The position numbers were made by a program, and so were the translations under genes. A stretch of DNA of 64,000 nt from the human T2T-CHM13v2.0 reference genome, Homo sapiens, in the NCBI RefSeq assembly GCF_009914755.1, contig NC_060948.1; one strand, given 5' to 3'. This document shows positions 42,781 through 56,980 of the stretch, piece after piece. Every line of letters begins with the position of its first letter. The first letter of the stretch is position 1. The notes beneath the pieces were generated by a model. It saw nothing but the letters and a program-made list of their open reading frames with translations, did not search any database and had not been told where the DNA came from.

Positions 42781-45700
42781 ATGGAATCAAATCAATGGAA
42801 TCTAATCAAATGGAATGGAAAGGAATTGAATGGAGTAGATTGGATTGGATGGGATTGGAATGAAATGTACTGGAAAGGACTCGAATTTCATGAAACGGAA
42901 TGGAATGAATTGGAACGGAATGGACTCGAATGGAATGGAATGTCATCGAATGGCATCAAATGGAATGGCATCAAATGGAATGGAATCGAATGCAATGGAA
43001 TGCTATGGAATGGAATGGAATGCATTGGAATGGAATGTCCTCTAATGGAATGGATTCGAGTGGAATGGAATCGAATATAATGGAGTCGAATGAAATGGAA
43101 TTGAAAAGAATGGGATCGAATACAATGGAATATACTGGAATGTAATGTAATGAACTCGAATGTAATTGACTGGAATGGAATGTACATGAATGGAATGTAA
43201 TCGAATAGAAAGTAATCCAATGGAATAGAATGTAATGCAATAAAATCGACTCAGATAGAGTAGAATGTAATGGAATGGAGTGTAGTGCAATGGAATGGAA
43301 TGGAATGGAATGCAATGGAATGGAATGGAATGGAATGGAATGGGATGGAATGGTATGGAATGGATAGTAATGGACTGGAGTGAAATGGACTGGAAAGGAA
43401 TGGACTCAAATTGAAAGGGCTCGAAAGGAATGGAGACAAATGGAATGGTCTGGAATGGAATGAACACGAATGTAATGCAATCCAATAGAATGGAGTCGAA
43501 TGGCAGGGAATATAAAGAAATGGAATCGAAGAGAATGGAAACAAATGGAATGGAATTGAATGGAATGGAATTGAATGGAATGGGAACGAATGGAGTGAAA
43601 TTGTATGCAGTAGAAGAGAATAGAATGGAATGCAAGCGAAAGGAAAGGAATGGATTGGAATGGAATGGAATTCATTGGAATGGAAGGGAATGTAGTGTAA
43701 TGGACAGGCCTGGAATAAAGTGGAATGCTACGGTCTCGAATGGAATAAAAATGTATGGAATGGAATGCAATGAAACGGAATCGAATGTCATAGAATGTAA
43801 TGGAATGCAAAAAAATGGAATCCAAAATCATTGACTGGAAAGGCTGGGTGTCGAAAGGAATTGACTCCAATGGAATGGAATCGAATGGAATGGAAGTGAA
43901 TAGAATCAAACTAAATCGAATGGAATGGAATTGATAGGAACGGAATGGAAAGGAATGCAATGATTTGGCATGGAATGGAATCGAATGGCATCAAATGGAA
44001 TGGAATGGAATGCAATGGAATGGAATGTATTAGAATATAATGAACTTTAATGGAATGTACTCGAATGGATTCGACTGGAATGGAATGTTCTGGAAGTGAA
44101 TGGACTCCAATGGAATGGATTCCAAAGGAATGGAATCGTACGGAATGGAATCTAATGGAATGGAATTAAATGGAAATGAATCAAATTGAATAGCACGGAA
44201 TTGAATTGAATGGAATGGAATGCAATGGAATCTAATGAAACGGAAAGGAAAGGAATGCAATGGAATGGAATGGGCTGGAATGGAAAGGAATCGAAACAAA
44301 TGGAATGGAATCGAACTGAAGAGACTGGAATGGAAAGCACTGGAATGGAAGGGAGTGTAATGGAAGGTTCTCGAAAAAAATGGAATCGAATGGAATGCAA
44401 TTGAATGGAACGGAATAGAGTCGAATGCAATTGAATGGAATGGAATGGACTAGAGTGAAATGGAATCGAACCACAAGGAATGGACAGGAATAGAATGGTC
44501 TCGAATTGAATGGAATCGTATGGAATGGCATCAAACGAAATGGAATGGACAGCCACGGAATGGAATGCACTCGAATGCAATGGAGTCGAAACTAATGGAC
44601 TGGAATAGAATGGACTCGACTGGTAAGGACTCCAATGGAATGGAATCGAATGGAAGGGAAACGAACGGAATGGACTCGAAGGGAAAAGACTGCAATGGAA
44701 AGGTCTCGAATGGAATGGAAATTAATGGAATGGAATGGAATCCAATGAAATGGAGTCAAAAGGAATGGAATCGAATGGCAAGAAATCGAATGTAATGGAA
44801 TCGCAAGGAATTGATGTGAACGGAACGGAATGGAATGGAATCCAAAGGAATGGAATAGAATGGAATGGAATCGAATGGAAAGGACTCGAATGGAAATCAC
44901 TCAAATAGAATGAAATTTAATAAAATGGGATCAAATGTAATGGAATGGAATGGAAAGGAATCGAAACGAAAGGAATGGAGACAGATGGAATGGAATGGAA
45001 CTGAGAGCAATGGTATAGAATGGAATGGAATCATCTGGAATGGAATTGAATGGAATGGAATAATATGAAATGGAATGGAATGGAATGGAATGCCCTTGAA
45101 TTAAATGGGCTGGAATGGAATGGACTCCAACAGAGTGGAATGGAAAGTGTTGAGATAGCATGGAATGGACTCCTTTGGAAAGGTCTAGTATGCAATGCAA
45201 TCGACTGGCAGGGAATCAAAAGGAATGTAATCGAATGGATTGGACTGGAATGCAATGGACTCGAATAGATTGGAAACGGAATGCAAAGGAATGGAATGGA
45301 ATAGTATGGAATGGAATGGAAAGGAATGGAGTGGAATAGACTAGAGTGGAATGGAATGGACTCGAAAGCAATGGACTGGAATGGAACTTTCTTGAATGGA
45401 CTGGAATCAAACGGAATGGAATGCAATGCAATCAAATGGCATGGAATAAGATAGAATGAAAGAGAATCAAATGGAATTGAATGGAATGGAATCGAATGGA
45501 TTGGAAAGGAATAGAATGGAATGGAATGGAATTGACTCAAATGGAATGGACTAGAATGGAATGGATTCGAATGGAAGGCAAAGGAATGGAATCTATTGGA
45601 ATGGACTGTAATGGAATGCAATGAAAGGGATTGGAATGGACTCGAATGGAATGGACTGCAATAGAAAGGATTCGAATGGAATGAAAAAGAATTGAATGGA

Positions 45701-46324
45701 ATAGAACAGAATGGAATCAAATCGAATGAAATGGAATGGAATAGAAAGGAATGGAATGAAATGGAATGGAAAGGATTCGAATGGAATGCAATCAAATGGA
45801 ATGGAATCGAACGGAATGGAATAAAGTGGAAGAAAACTGGCAAGAAATGGAATCGAAATGAATGGAGTGTTATGGAATGGACTCAAAAGGAATTGAATGT
45901 AATAGAATGGAGTGGAGTGGACTCGAATATAATGGACTGGAATGGAATGAAATCACACGGAATGGGAACGAATGGAATGGAATGGAAAGGAATGGAATCG
46001 AATGGAAAGGAATCGAATGGAAGGGAATGAAATTGAATCAACAGGAATGGAAGGGAATAGAATAGACGGTAATGGAATGGACTCGAATAGAATGGACACG
46101 AATGCTCAAATTGAATGGACTCGAATGGAATGGAAAGGAAAGGAATGTCATCGAATGGAATTGAATCGATTGGAATGAAATCGCATAGAATGGAGTAGAA
46201 TCAAATGGAATTGAATCGAAAAGAAAGGAAGCGAATGGACTGAAATGAAATGGAATGGAATTGAATGGAAAGTAATGCAATGGAATAGAATGGAACGAAA
46301 TTTCACGGAATGGAATCAAACTGA
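42781..46324 (+). repeat. DYZ1 unit U13 (3544 bp), subtype B
   Basis: Landmark spacing. Shares GGTAAGGACT and GGAAAGCACT with U12 and U14. Confidence 0.9.
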
Positions 46325-49300
46325 ATGGAATCAAATCAATAGAATCAAATCAAATGGAATGGAAAGGAATTGAATGGAGTAGATTGGATTGGATGGGATT
46401 GGAATGAAATGTACTGGAAAGGACTCGAATTTCATGAAACGGAATGGAATGAATTGGAACGGAATGGACTCGAATGGAATGGAATGTCATGGAATGGAAT
46501 CAAGTGGAATGGCATCAAATGGAATGGAATCGAATGCAATGGAATGCTATGGAATGGAATGGAATGCATTGGAATGGAATGTCCTCTAATGGAATGGATT
46601 CGAGTGGAATGGAATCGAATATAATGGAATCGAATGAAATGGAATTGAAAAGAATGGGATCGAATACAATGGAATATACTGGAATGTAATGTAATGAACT
46701 CGAATGTAATTGACTGGAATGGAATGTACATGAATGGAATGTAATCGAATGGAAAGTAATCCAATGGAATAGAATCTAATGCAATAAAATCGACTCAGAT
46801 AGAGTAGAATGTAATGGAATGGAGTGCAGTGCAATGGAATGGAATGGAATGCAATGGAATGGAATGGAATGGAATGGGATGGGATGGAATGGTATGGAAT
46901 GGATAGTAATGGACTGGAAAGGAATGGACTCAAATTGAAAGGGCTCGAAAGGAATGGAGACAAATGGAATGGTCTGGAATGGAATGAACACGAATGTAAT
47001 GCAATCCAATAGAATGGAGTCGAATGGCAGGGAATATAAAGAAATGGAATCGAAGAGAATGGAAACAAATGGAATGGAATTGAATGGAATGGAATTGAAT
47101 GGAATGGGAACGAATGGAGTGAAATTGTATGCAGTAGAAGAGAATAGAATGGAATGCAAGCGAAAGGAAAGGAATGGATTGGAATGGAATGGAATTCATT
47201 GGAATGGAAGGGAATGTAGTGTAATGGACAGGCCTGGAATAAAGTGGAATGCTACGGTCTTGAATGGAATAAAAATGTATGGAATGGAATGCAATGAAAC
47301 GGAATCGAATGTCATAGAATGTAATGCAATGCAAAAAAATGGAATCCAAAATCATTGACTGGAAAGTCTGGGTGTCGAAAGGAATTGACTCCAATGGAAT
47401 GGAATCGAATGGAATGGAAGTGAATAGAATCAAACTAAATCGAATGGAATGGAATTGATAGGAACGGAATGGAAAGGAATGCAATGATTTGGCATGGAAT
47501 GGAATCGAATGTCTTCAAATGGAATGGAATGGAATGCAATGGAATGGAATGTATTAGAATGTAATGAACTTTAATGGAATATACTCGAATGGATTCGACT
47601 GGAATGGAATGTTCTGGAAGTGAATGGACTCCAATGGAATGGATTCAAAAGGAATGGAATCGTACGGAATGGAATCTAATGGAATGGAATTAAATGGAAA
47701 TGAATCAAATTGAATAGCACGGAATTGAATTGAATGGAATGGAATGCAATGGAATCTAATGAAACGGAAAGGAAAGGAATGCAATGGAATGGAATGGGCT
47801 GGAATGGAAAGGAATCGAAACGAATGGAATGGAATCGAACTGAAGAGACTGGAATGGAAAGCACTGGAATGGAAGGGAGTGTAATGTAAGGTTCTCGAAA
47901 AAAATGGAATCGAATGGAATGCAATTGAATGGAACGGAATAGAGTCGAATGCAATTGAATGGAATGGAATGGACTAGAGTGAAATGGAATCGAACCACAA
48001 GGAATGGACAGGAATAGAATGGTCTCGAATTGAATGGAATCGTATGGAATGGCATCAAACGGAATGGAATGGACAGCCACGGAATGGAATGCACTCGAAT
48101 GCAATGGAGTCGAAACTAATGGACTGGAATAGAATAGACTCGACTGGTAAGGACTCCAATGGAATGGAATCGAATGGAAGGGAAACGAACGGAATGGACT
48201 CGAAGGGAAAAGACTGCAATGGAAAGGTCTCGAATGGAATGGAAATTAATGGAATGGAATGGAATCGAATGAAATGGAGGCAAAAGGAATGGAATCGAAT
48301 GGCAAGAAATCGAATGTAATGGAATCGCAAGGAATTGATGTGAACGGAACGGAATGGAATGGAATCCAAAGGAATGGAATAGAATGGAATGGAATCGAAA
48401 GGAAAGGACTCGAATGGAAATCACTCGAATAGAATGAAATTTAATAAAATAGGATCAAATGTAATGGAATGGAATGGAAAGGAATCGAAACGAAAGGAAT
48501 GGAGACAGATGGAATGGAATGGAACACAGAGCAATGGTATAGAATGGAATGGAATCATCTGGAATGGAATTGAATGGAATGGAATAATATGAAATGGAAT
48601 GGAATGAAATGGAATGCCCTTGAATTAAATGGACTGGAATGGAATGGACTCCAACAGAGTGGAATGGAAAGTGTTGAGATAGAATGGAATGGACTCCTTT
48701 GGAATGGTCTAGTATGCAATGCAATCGACTGGCAGGGAATCAAAAGGAATGTAATCGAATGGATTGGACTGGAATGCAATGGACTCGAATAGATTGGAAA
48801 CGGAATGCAAAGGAATGGAATGGAATAGTATGGAATGGAATGGAAAGGAATGGAGTGGAATAGACTAGAGTGGAATGGAATGGACTCGAAAGCAATGGAC
48901 TGGAATGGAACTTTCTTGAATGGACTGGAATCAAACGGAATGGAATGCAATGCAATCAAATGACATGGAATAAGATAGAATGAAAGAGAATCAAATGGAA
49001 TTGAATCGAATGGAATCGAATGGATTGGAAAGGAATAGAATGGAATGGAATGGAATTGACTCAAATGGAATGGACTAGAATGGAATGGATTCGAATGGAA
49101 GGCAAAGGAATGGAATCTATTGGAATGGACTGTAATGGAATGCAATGGAAGGGATTGGAATGGACTCGAATGGAATGGACTGCAATAGAAAGGATTCGAA
49201 TGGAATGAAAAAGAATTGAATGGAATAGAACAGAATGGAATCGAATCGAATGAAATGGAATGGAATAGAAAGGAATGGAATGAAATGGAATGGAAAGGAT

Positions 49301-49848
49301 TCGAATGGAATGCAATCGAATGGAATGGAATCGAACGGAATGGAATAAAATGGAAGAAAACTGGCAAGAAATGGAATCGAAATGAATGGAGTGTTATGGA
49401 ACGGACTCAAAAGGAATTGAATGTAATAGAATGGAGTGGAGTGGACTCGAATATAATGGACTGGAATGGAATGAAATCACATGGAATGGGAACGAATGGA
49501 ATGGAATGGAAAGGAATGGAATCGAATGGAAAGGAATCGAATGGAAGGGAATGAAATTGAATCAACAGGAATGGAAGGGAATAGAATAGACGGTAATGGA
49601 ATGGACTCGAATAGAATGGACACGAATGCTCAAATTGAATGGACTCGAATGGAATGGAAACGAAAGGAATGTCATCGAATGGAATTGAATCGATTGGAAT
49701 GAAATCACATAGAATGGAGTGGAATCAAATGGAATTGAATCGAAAGGAAAGGAAGCGAATGGACTGAAATGAAATGGAATGGAATTGAATGGAAAGTAAT
49801 GCAATGGAATAGAATGGAACGAAATTTCACGGAACGGAATCAAACTGA
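46325..49848 (+). repeat. DYZ1 unit U14 (3524 bp), subtype B
   Basis: Landmark spacing. Private 15 bp deletion near 46915. Confidence 0.9.
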
Positions 49849-52800
49849 ATGGAATCAAATCAATGGATTCTAATCAAATGGAATGGAAAGGAATTGAAGG
49901 GAGTAGATTGGATTGGATGGGATTGGAATGAAATGTACTGGAAAGGACTCGAATTTCATGAAACGGAATGGAATGAATTGGAACGGAAGGGACTCGAATG
50001 GAATGGAATGTCATGGAATGGCATCAAATGGAATGGCATCAAATGGAATGGAATCGAATGCAATGGAATGTTATGGAATGGAATGGAATGCATTGGAATG
50101 GAATGTCCTCTAATGGAATGGATTCGAGTGGAATGGAATCGAATATAATGGAGTCGAATGAAATGGAATTGAAAAGAATGGGATCGAATACAATGGAATA
50201 TACTGGAATGAAATGTAATGAACTCGAATGTAATTGACTGGAATGGAATGTACATGAATGGAATGTAATCGAATGGAAAGTAATCCAATGGAATAGAATC
50301 TAATGCAATAAAATCGACTCAGATACAGTAGAATGTAATGGAATGGAGTGCAGTGCAATGGAATGGAATGGAATGGAATGCAATGGAATGGAATGGAATG
50401 GAATGGAATGGGATGGAATGGTATGGAATGGATAGTAATGGACTGGAGTGAAATGGACTGGAAAGGGATGGACTCAAATTGAAAGGGCTCGAAAGGAATG
50501 GAGACAAATGGAATGGTCTGGAATGGAATGAACACGAATGTAATGCAATCCAATAGAATGGAGTCGAATGGCAGGGAATATAAAGAAATGGAATCGAAGA
50601 GAATGGAAACAAATGGAATGGAATTGAATGGAATGGAATTGAATGGAATGGGAACGAATGGAGTGAAATTGTATGCAGTAGAAGAGAATAGAATGGAATG
50701 CAAGCGAAAGGAAAGGAATGGATTGGAATGGAATGGAATTCATTGGAATGGAAGGGAATGTAGTGTAATGGACAGGCCAGGAATAAAGTGGAATGCTACG
50801 GTCTCGAATGGAATAAAAATGTATGGAATGGAATGCAATGAAACGGAATCGAATGTCATAGAATGTAATGGAATGCAAAAAAATGGACTCCAAAATCATT
50901 GACTGGAAAGGCTGGGTGTCGAAAGGAATTGACTCCAATGGAATGGAATCGAATGGAATGGAAGTGAATAGAATCAAACTAAATCGAATGGAATGGAATT
51001 GATAGGAACGGAATGGAAAGGAATGCAATGATTTGGCATGGAATGGAACCGAATGGCATCGAATGGAATGGAATGGAATGCAATGGAATGGAATGTATTA
51101 GAATGTAATGAACTTTAATGGAATGTACTCGAATGGATTCGACTGGAATGGAATGTTCTGGAAGTGAATGGACTCCAATGGAATGGATTCAAAAGGAATG
51201 GAATTGTACGGAATGGAATCTAATGGAATGGAATTAAATGGAAATGAATCAAATTGAATAGCACGGAATTGAATTGAATGGAATGGAATGCAATGGAATC
51301 TAATGAAACGGAAAGGAAAGGAATGGAATGGAATGGAATGGGCTGGAATGGAAAGGAATCGAAACGAATGGAATGGAATCGAACTGAAGAGACTGGAATG
51401 GAATGCACTGGAATGGAAGGGAGTGTAATGGAAGGTTCTCGAAAAAAAAGGAATCGAATGGAATGGAATTGAATGGAACGGAATAGAGTCGAATGGAATT
51501 GAATGGAATGGAATGGACTAGAGTGAAATGGAATCGAACCACAAGGAATGGGCAGGAATAGAATGGTCTCGAATTGAATGGAATCGTATGGAATGGCATC
51601 AAACGGAATGGAATGGACAGCCCCGGAATGGAATGCACTCGAATGCAATGGAGTCGAAACTAATGGACTGGAATAGAATGGACTCGACTGGTACGGACTC
51701 CAATGGAATGGAATCGAATGGAAGGGAATCGAACGGAATGGACTCGAAGGGAAAAGACTGCAATGGAAAGGTCTCGAATGGAATGGAAATTAATGGAATG
51801 GAATGGAATCGAATGAAATGGAGTCAAAAGGAATGGAATCGAAGGGCAAGAAATCGAATGTAATGGAATCGCAAGGAATTGATGTGAACGGAACGGAATG
51901 GAATGGAATCCAAAGGAATGGAATAGAATGGAATGGAATCGAATGGAAAGGACTCGAATGGAAATCACTCGAATAGAATGCAATTTAATAAAATAGGATC
52001 AAATGTAATGGAATGGAATGGAAAGGAATCGAAACGAAAGGAATGGAGACAGATGGAATGGAATGGAACAGAGAGCAATGGTATAGAATGGAATGGAATC
52101 ATCTGGAATGGAATTGAATGGAATGGAATAATATGAAATGGAATGGAATGGAATGGAATGGAATGCCCTCGAATTAAATGGACTGGAATGGAATGGACTC
52201 GAACAGAGTGGAATGGAAAGTGTTGAGATAGAATGGAATGGACTCCTTTGGAATGGTGTAGTATGCAATGCAATCGACTGGCAGGGAATCAAAAGGAATG
52301 TAATCGAATGGATTGGACTGGAATGCAATGGACTCGAATAGATTGGAAACGGAATGCAAAGGAATGGAATGGAATAGTATGGAATGGAATGGAAAGGAAT
52401 GGAGTGGAATAGACTAGAGTGGAATGGAATGGACTGGAAAGCAATGGACTGGAATGGAACTTTCTTGAATGGACTGGAATCAAACGGAATGGAATGCAAT
52501 GCAATCAAATGGCATGGAATAAAATAGAATGAAAGAGAATCAAATGGAATTGAATCGAATGGAATCGAATGGATTGGAAAGGAATAGAATGGAATGGAAT
52601 GGAATTGACTCAAATGGAATGGACTAGAATGGAATGGATTCGAATGGAAGGCAAAGGAATGGAATCTATTGGAATGGACTGTAATGGAATGGAATGGAAG
52701 GGATTGGAATGGACTCGAATGGAATGGACTGCAATAGAAAGGATTCGAATGGAATGAAAAAGAATTGAATGGAATAGAACAGAATGGAATCAAATCGAAT

Positions 52801-53397
52801 GAAATGGAATGGAATAGAAAGGAATGGAATGAAATGGAATGGAAAGGATTCGAATGGAATGCAATCGAATGGAATGGAATCGAACGGAATGGAATAAAAT
52901 GGAAGAAAACTGGCAAGAAATGGAATCGAAATGAATGGAGTGTTATGGAACGGACTCAAAAGGAATTGAATGTAATAGAATGGAGTGGAGTGGACTCGAA
53001 TATAATGGACTGGAATGGAATGAAATCACATGGAATGGGAACGAATGGAATGGAATGGAAAGGAATGGAATCGAATGGAAAGGAATCGAATGGAAGGGAA
53101 TGAAATTGAATCAACAGGAATGGAAGGGAATAGAATAGACGGTAATGGAATGGACTCGAACAGAATGGACACGAATGCTCAAATTGAATGGACTCGAATG
53201 GAATGGAAACGAAAGGAATGTCATCGAATGGAATTGAATCGATTGGAATGAAATCGCATAGAATGGAGTGGAATCAAATGGAATTGAATCGAAAGGAAAG
53301 GAAGCGAATGGACTGAAATGAAATGGAATGGAATTGAATGGAAAGTAATGCAATGGAATAGAATGGAACGAAATTTCACGGAATGGAATCAAACTGA
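49849..53397 (+). repeat. DYZ1 unit U15 (3549 bp), subtype B
   Basis: Landmark spacing. AGGCCA at 50774 means the StuI site is lost and the HaeIII site kept. Confidence 0.9.
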
Positions 53398-56300
53398 ATG
53401 GAATCAAATCAATGGAATCAAATCAAATGGAATGGAAAGGAATTGAATGGAGTAGATTGGATTGGATGGGATTGGAATGAAATGTACTGGAAAGGACTTG
53501 AATTTCATGACACGGAATGGAATGAATTGGAACGGAATGGACTCGAATGGAATGGAATGTCATGGAATGGCATCAAATGGAATGGCATCAAATGGAATGG
53601 AATCGAATGCAATGGAATGCTATGGAATGGAATGGAATGCATTGGAATGGAATGTCCTCTAATGGAATGGATTCGAGTGGAATGGAATCGAATATAATGG
53701 AGTCGAATGAAAAGGAATTGAAAGGAGTGGGATCGAATACAATGGAATATACTGGAATGTAATGTAATGAACTCGAATGTAATTGACTGGAATGGAATGT
53801 ACATGAATGGAATGTAATCGAATGGAAAGTAATCCAATGGAATAGAATCTAATGCAATAAAACCGACTCAGATAGAGTAGAATGTAATGGAATGGAGTGC
53901 AGTGCAATGGAATGGAATGGAATGGAATGCAATGGAATGGAATGGAATGGAATGGAATGGAATGGAATGGAATGGAATGGGATGGAATGGGATGGAATGG
54001 ATAGTAATGGACTGGAGTGAAATGGACTGGAAAGGAATGGACTCAAATTGAAAGGGCTCGAAAGGAATGGAGTCAAATGGAATGGTCTGGAATGGAATGA
54101 ACACGAATGTAATGCAATCCAATAGAATGGAATCGAATGGCATGGAATATAAAGAAATGGAATCGAAGAGAATGGAAACAAATGGAATGGAATTGAATGG
54201 AATGGAATTGAATGGAATGGGAACGAATGGAGTGAAATTGTATGCAGTAGAAGGGAATAGAATGGAATGCAAGCGAAAGGAAAGGAATGGATTGGAATGG
54301 AATGGAATTCATTGGAATGGAAGGGAATGTAGTGTAATGGACAGGCCTGGAATAAAGTGGAATGCTACGGTCTCGAATGGAATAAAAATGTATGGAATGG
54401 AATGCAATGAAACGGAATCGAATGTCATAGAATGTAATGGAATGCAAAAAAATGGACTCCAAAATCATTGACTGGAAAGGCTGGGTGTCGAAAGGAATTG
54501 ACTCCAATGGAATGGAATCGAATGGAATGGAAGTGAATAGAATCGAACTAAATCGAATGGAATGGAATTGATAGGAACGGAATGGAAAGGAATGCAATGA
54601 TTTGGCATGGAATGGAATCGAATGGCATCGAATGGAATGGAATGGAATGCAATGGAATGGAATGTATTAGAATGTAATGAACTTTAATGGAATGTACTCG
54701 AATGGATTCGACTGGAATGGAATGTTCTGGAAGTGAATGGACTCCAATGGAATGGATTCAAAAGGAATGGAATCGTACGGAATGGAATCTAATGGAATGG
54801 AATTAAATGGAAATGAATCAAATTGAATAGCACGGAATTGAATTGAATGGAATGGAATGCAATGGAATCTAATGAAACGGAAAGGAAAGGAATGGAATGG
54901 AATGGAAAGGGCTGGAATGGAAAGGAATCGAAACGAATGGAATGGAATCGAACTGAAGAGACTGGAATGGAATGCACTGGAATGGAAGGGAGTGTAATGG
55001 AAGGTTCTCGAAAAAAATGGAATCGAATGGAATGGAATTGAATGGAACGGAATAGAGTCGAATGGAATTGAATGGAATGGAATGGACTAGAGTGAAATGG
55101 AATCGAACCACAAGGAATGGACAGGAATAGAATGGTCTCGAATTGAATGGAATCGTATGGAATGGCATCAAACGGAATGGAATGGACAGCCACGGAATGG
55201 AATGCACTCGAATGCAATGGAGTCGAAACTAATGGACTGGAATAGAATGGACTCGACTGGTACGGACTCCAATGGAATGGAATCGAATGGAAGGGAATCG
55301 AACGGAATGGACTCGAAGGGAAAAGACTGCAATGGAAAGGTCTCGAATGGAATGGAAATTAATGGAATGGAATGGAATCGAATGAAATGGAGTCAAAAGG
55401 AATGGAATCGAATGGCAAGAAATCGAATGTAATGGAATCGCAAGGAATTGATGTGAACGGAACGGAATGGAATGGAATCCAAAGGAATGGAATAGAATGG
55501 AATGGAATCAAATGGAAAGGACTCGAATGGAAATCACTCGAATAGAATGCAATTTAATAAAATAGGATCAAATGTAATGGAATGGAATGGAAAGGAATCG
55601 AAACGAAAGGAATGGAGACAGATGGAATGGAATGGAACAGAGAGCAATGGTATAGAATGGAATGGAATCATCTGGAATGGAATTGAATGGAATGGAATAA
55701 TATGAAATGGAATGGAATGGAATGGAATGGAATGGAATGGAATGGAATGCCCTTGAATTAAATGGACTGGAATGGAATGGACTCGAACAGAGTGGAATGG
55801 AAAGTGTTGAGATAGAATGCAATGGACTCCTTCGGAATGGTCTAGTATGCAATGCAATCGACTGGCAGGGAATCAAAAGGAATGTAATCGAATGGATTGG
55901 ACTGGAATGCAGTGGACTCGAATAGATTGGAAACGGAATGCAAAGGAATGGAATGGAATAGTATGGAATGGAATGGAAAGGAATGGAGTGGAATAGACTA
56001 GAGTGGAATGGAATGGACTGGAAAGCAATGGACTGGAATGGAACTTTCTTGAATGGACTGGAATCAAACGGAATGGAATGCAATGCAATCAAATGGCATG
56101 GAATAAAATAGAATGAAAGAGAATCAAATGGAATTGAATCGAATGGAATCGAATGGATTGGAAAGGAATAGAATGGAATGGAATGGAATTGACTCAAATG
56201 GAATGGACTAGAATGGAATGGATTCGAATGGAAGGCAAAGGAATGGAATCTATTGGAATGGACTGTAATGGAATGGAATGGAAGGGATTGGAATGGACTC

Positions 56301-56980
56301 GAATGGAATGGACTGCAATAGAAAGGATTCGAATGGAATGAAAAAGAATTGAATGGAATAGAACAGAATGGAATCAAATCGAATGAAATGGAATGGAATA
56401 GAAAGGAATGGAATGAAATGGAATGGAAAGGATTCGAATGGAATGCAATCGAATGGAATGGAATCGAACGGAATGGAATAAAATGGAAGAAAACTGGCAA
56501 GAAATGGAATCGAAATGAATGGAGTGTTATGGAACGGACTCAAAAGGAATTGAATGTAATAGAATGGAGTGGAGTGGACTCGAATATAATGGACTGGAAT
56601 GGAATGAAATCACATGGAATGGGAACGAATGGAATGGAATGGAAAGGAATGGAATCGAATGGAAAGGAATCGAATGGAAGGGAATGAAATTGAATCAACA
56701 GGAATGGAAGGGAATAGAATAGACGGTAATGGAATGGACTCGAATAGAATGGACACGAATGCTCAAATTGAATGGACTCCAATGGAATGGAAACGAAAGG
56801 AATGTCATCGAATAGAATTGAATCGACTGGAATGAAATCGCAAGAATGGAGTGGAATCAAATGGAATTGAATCGAAAGGAAAGGAAGCGAATGGACTGAA
56901 ATGAAATGGAATGGAATTGAATGGAAAGTAATGCAATGGAATAGAATGGAACGAAATTTCACGGAATGGAATCAAACTGA
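53398..56980 (+). repeat. DYZ1 unit U16 (3583 bp), subtype B
   Basis: Landmark spacing. Expanded pure GGAAT tracts and a 1 bp deletion (CGCAAGAATGG) near 56843. Confidence 0.9.
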
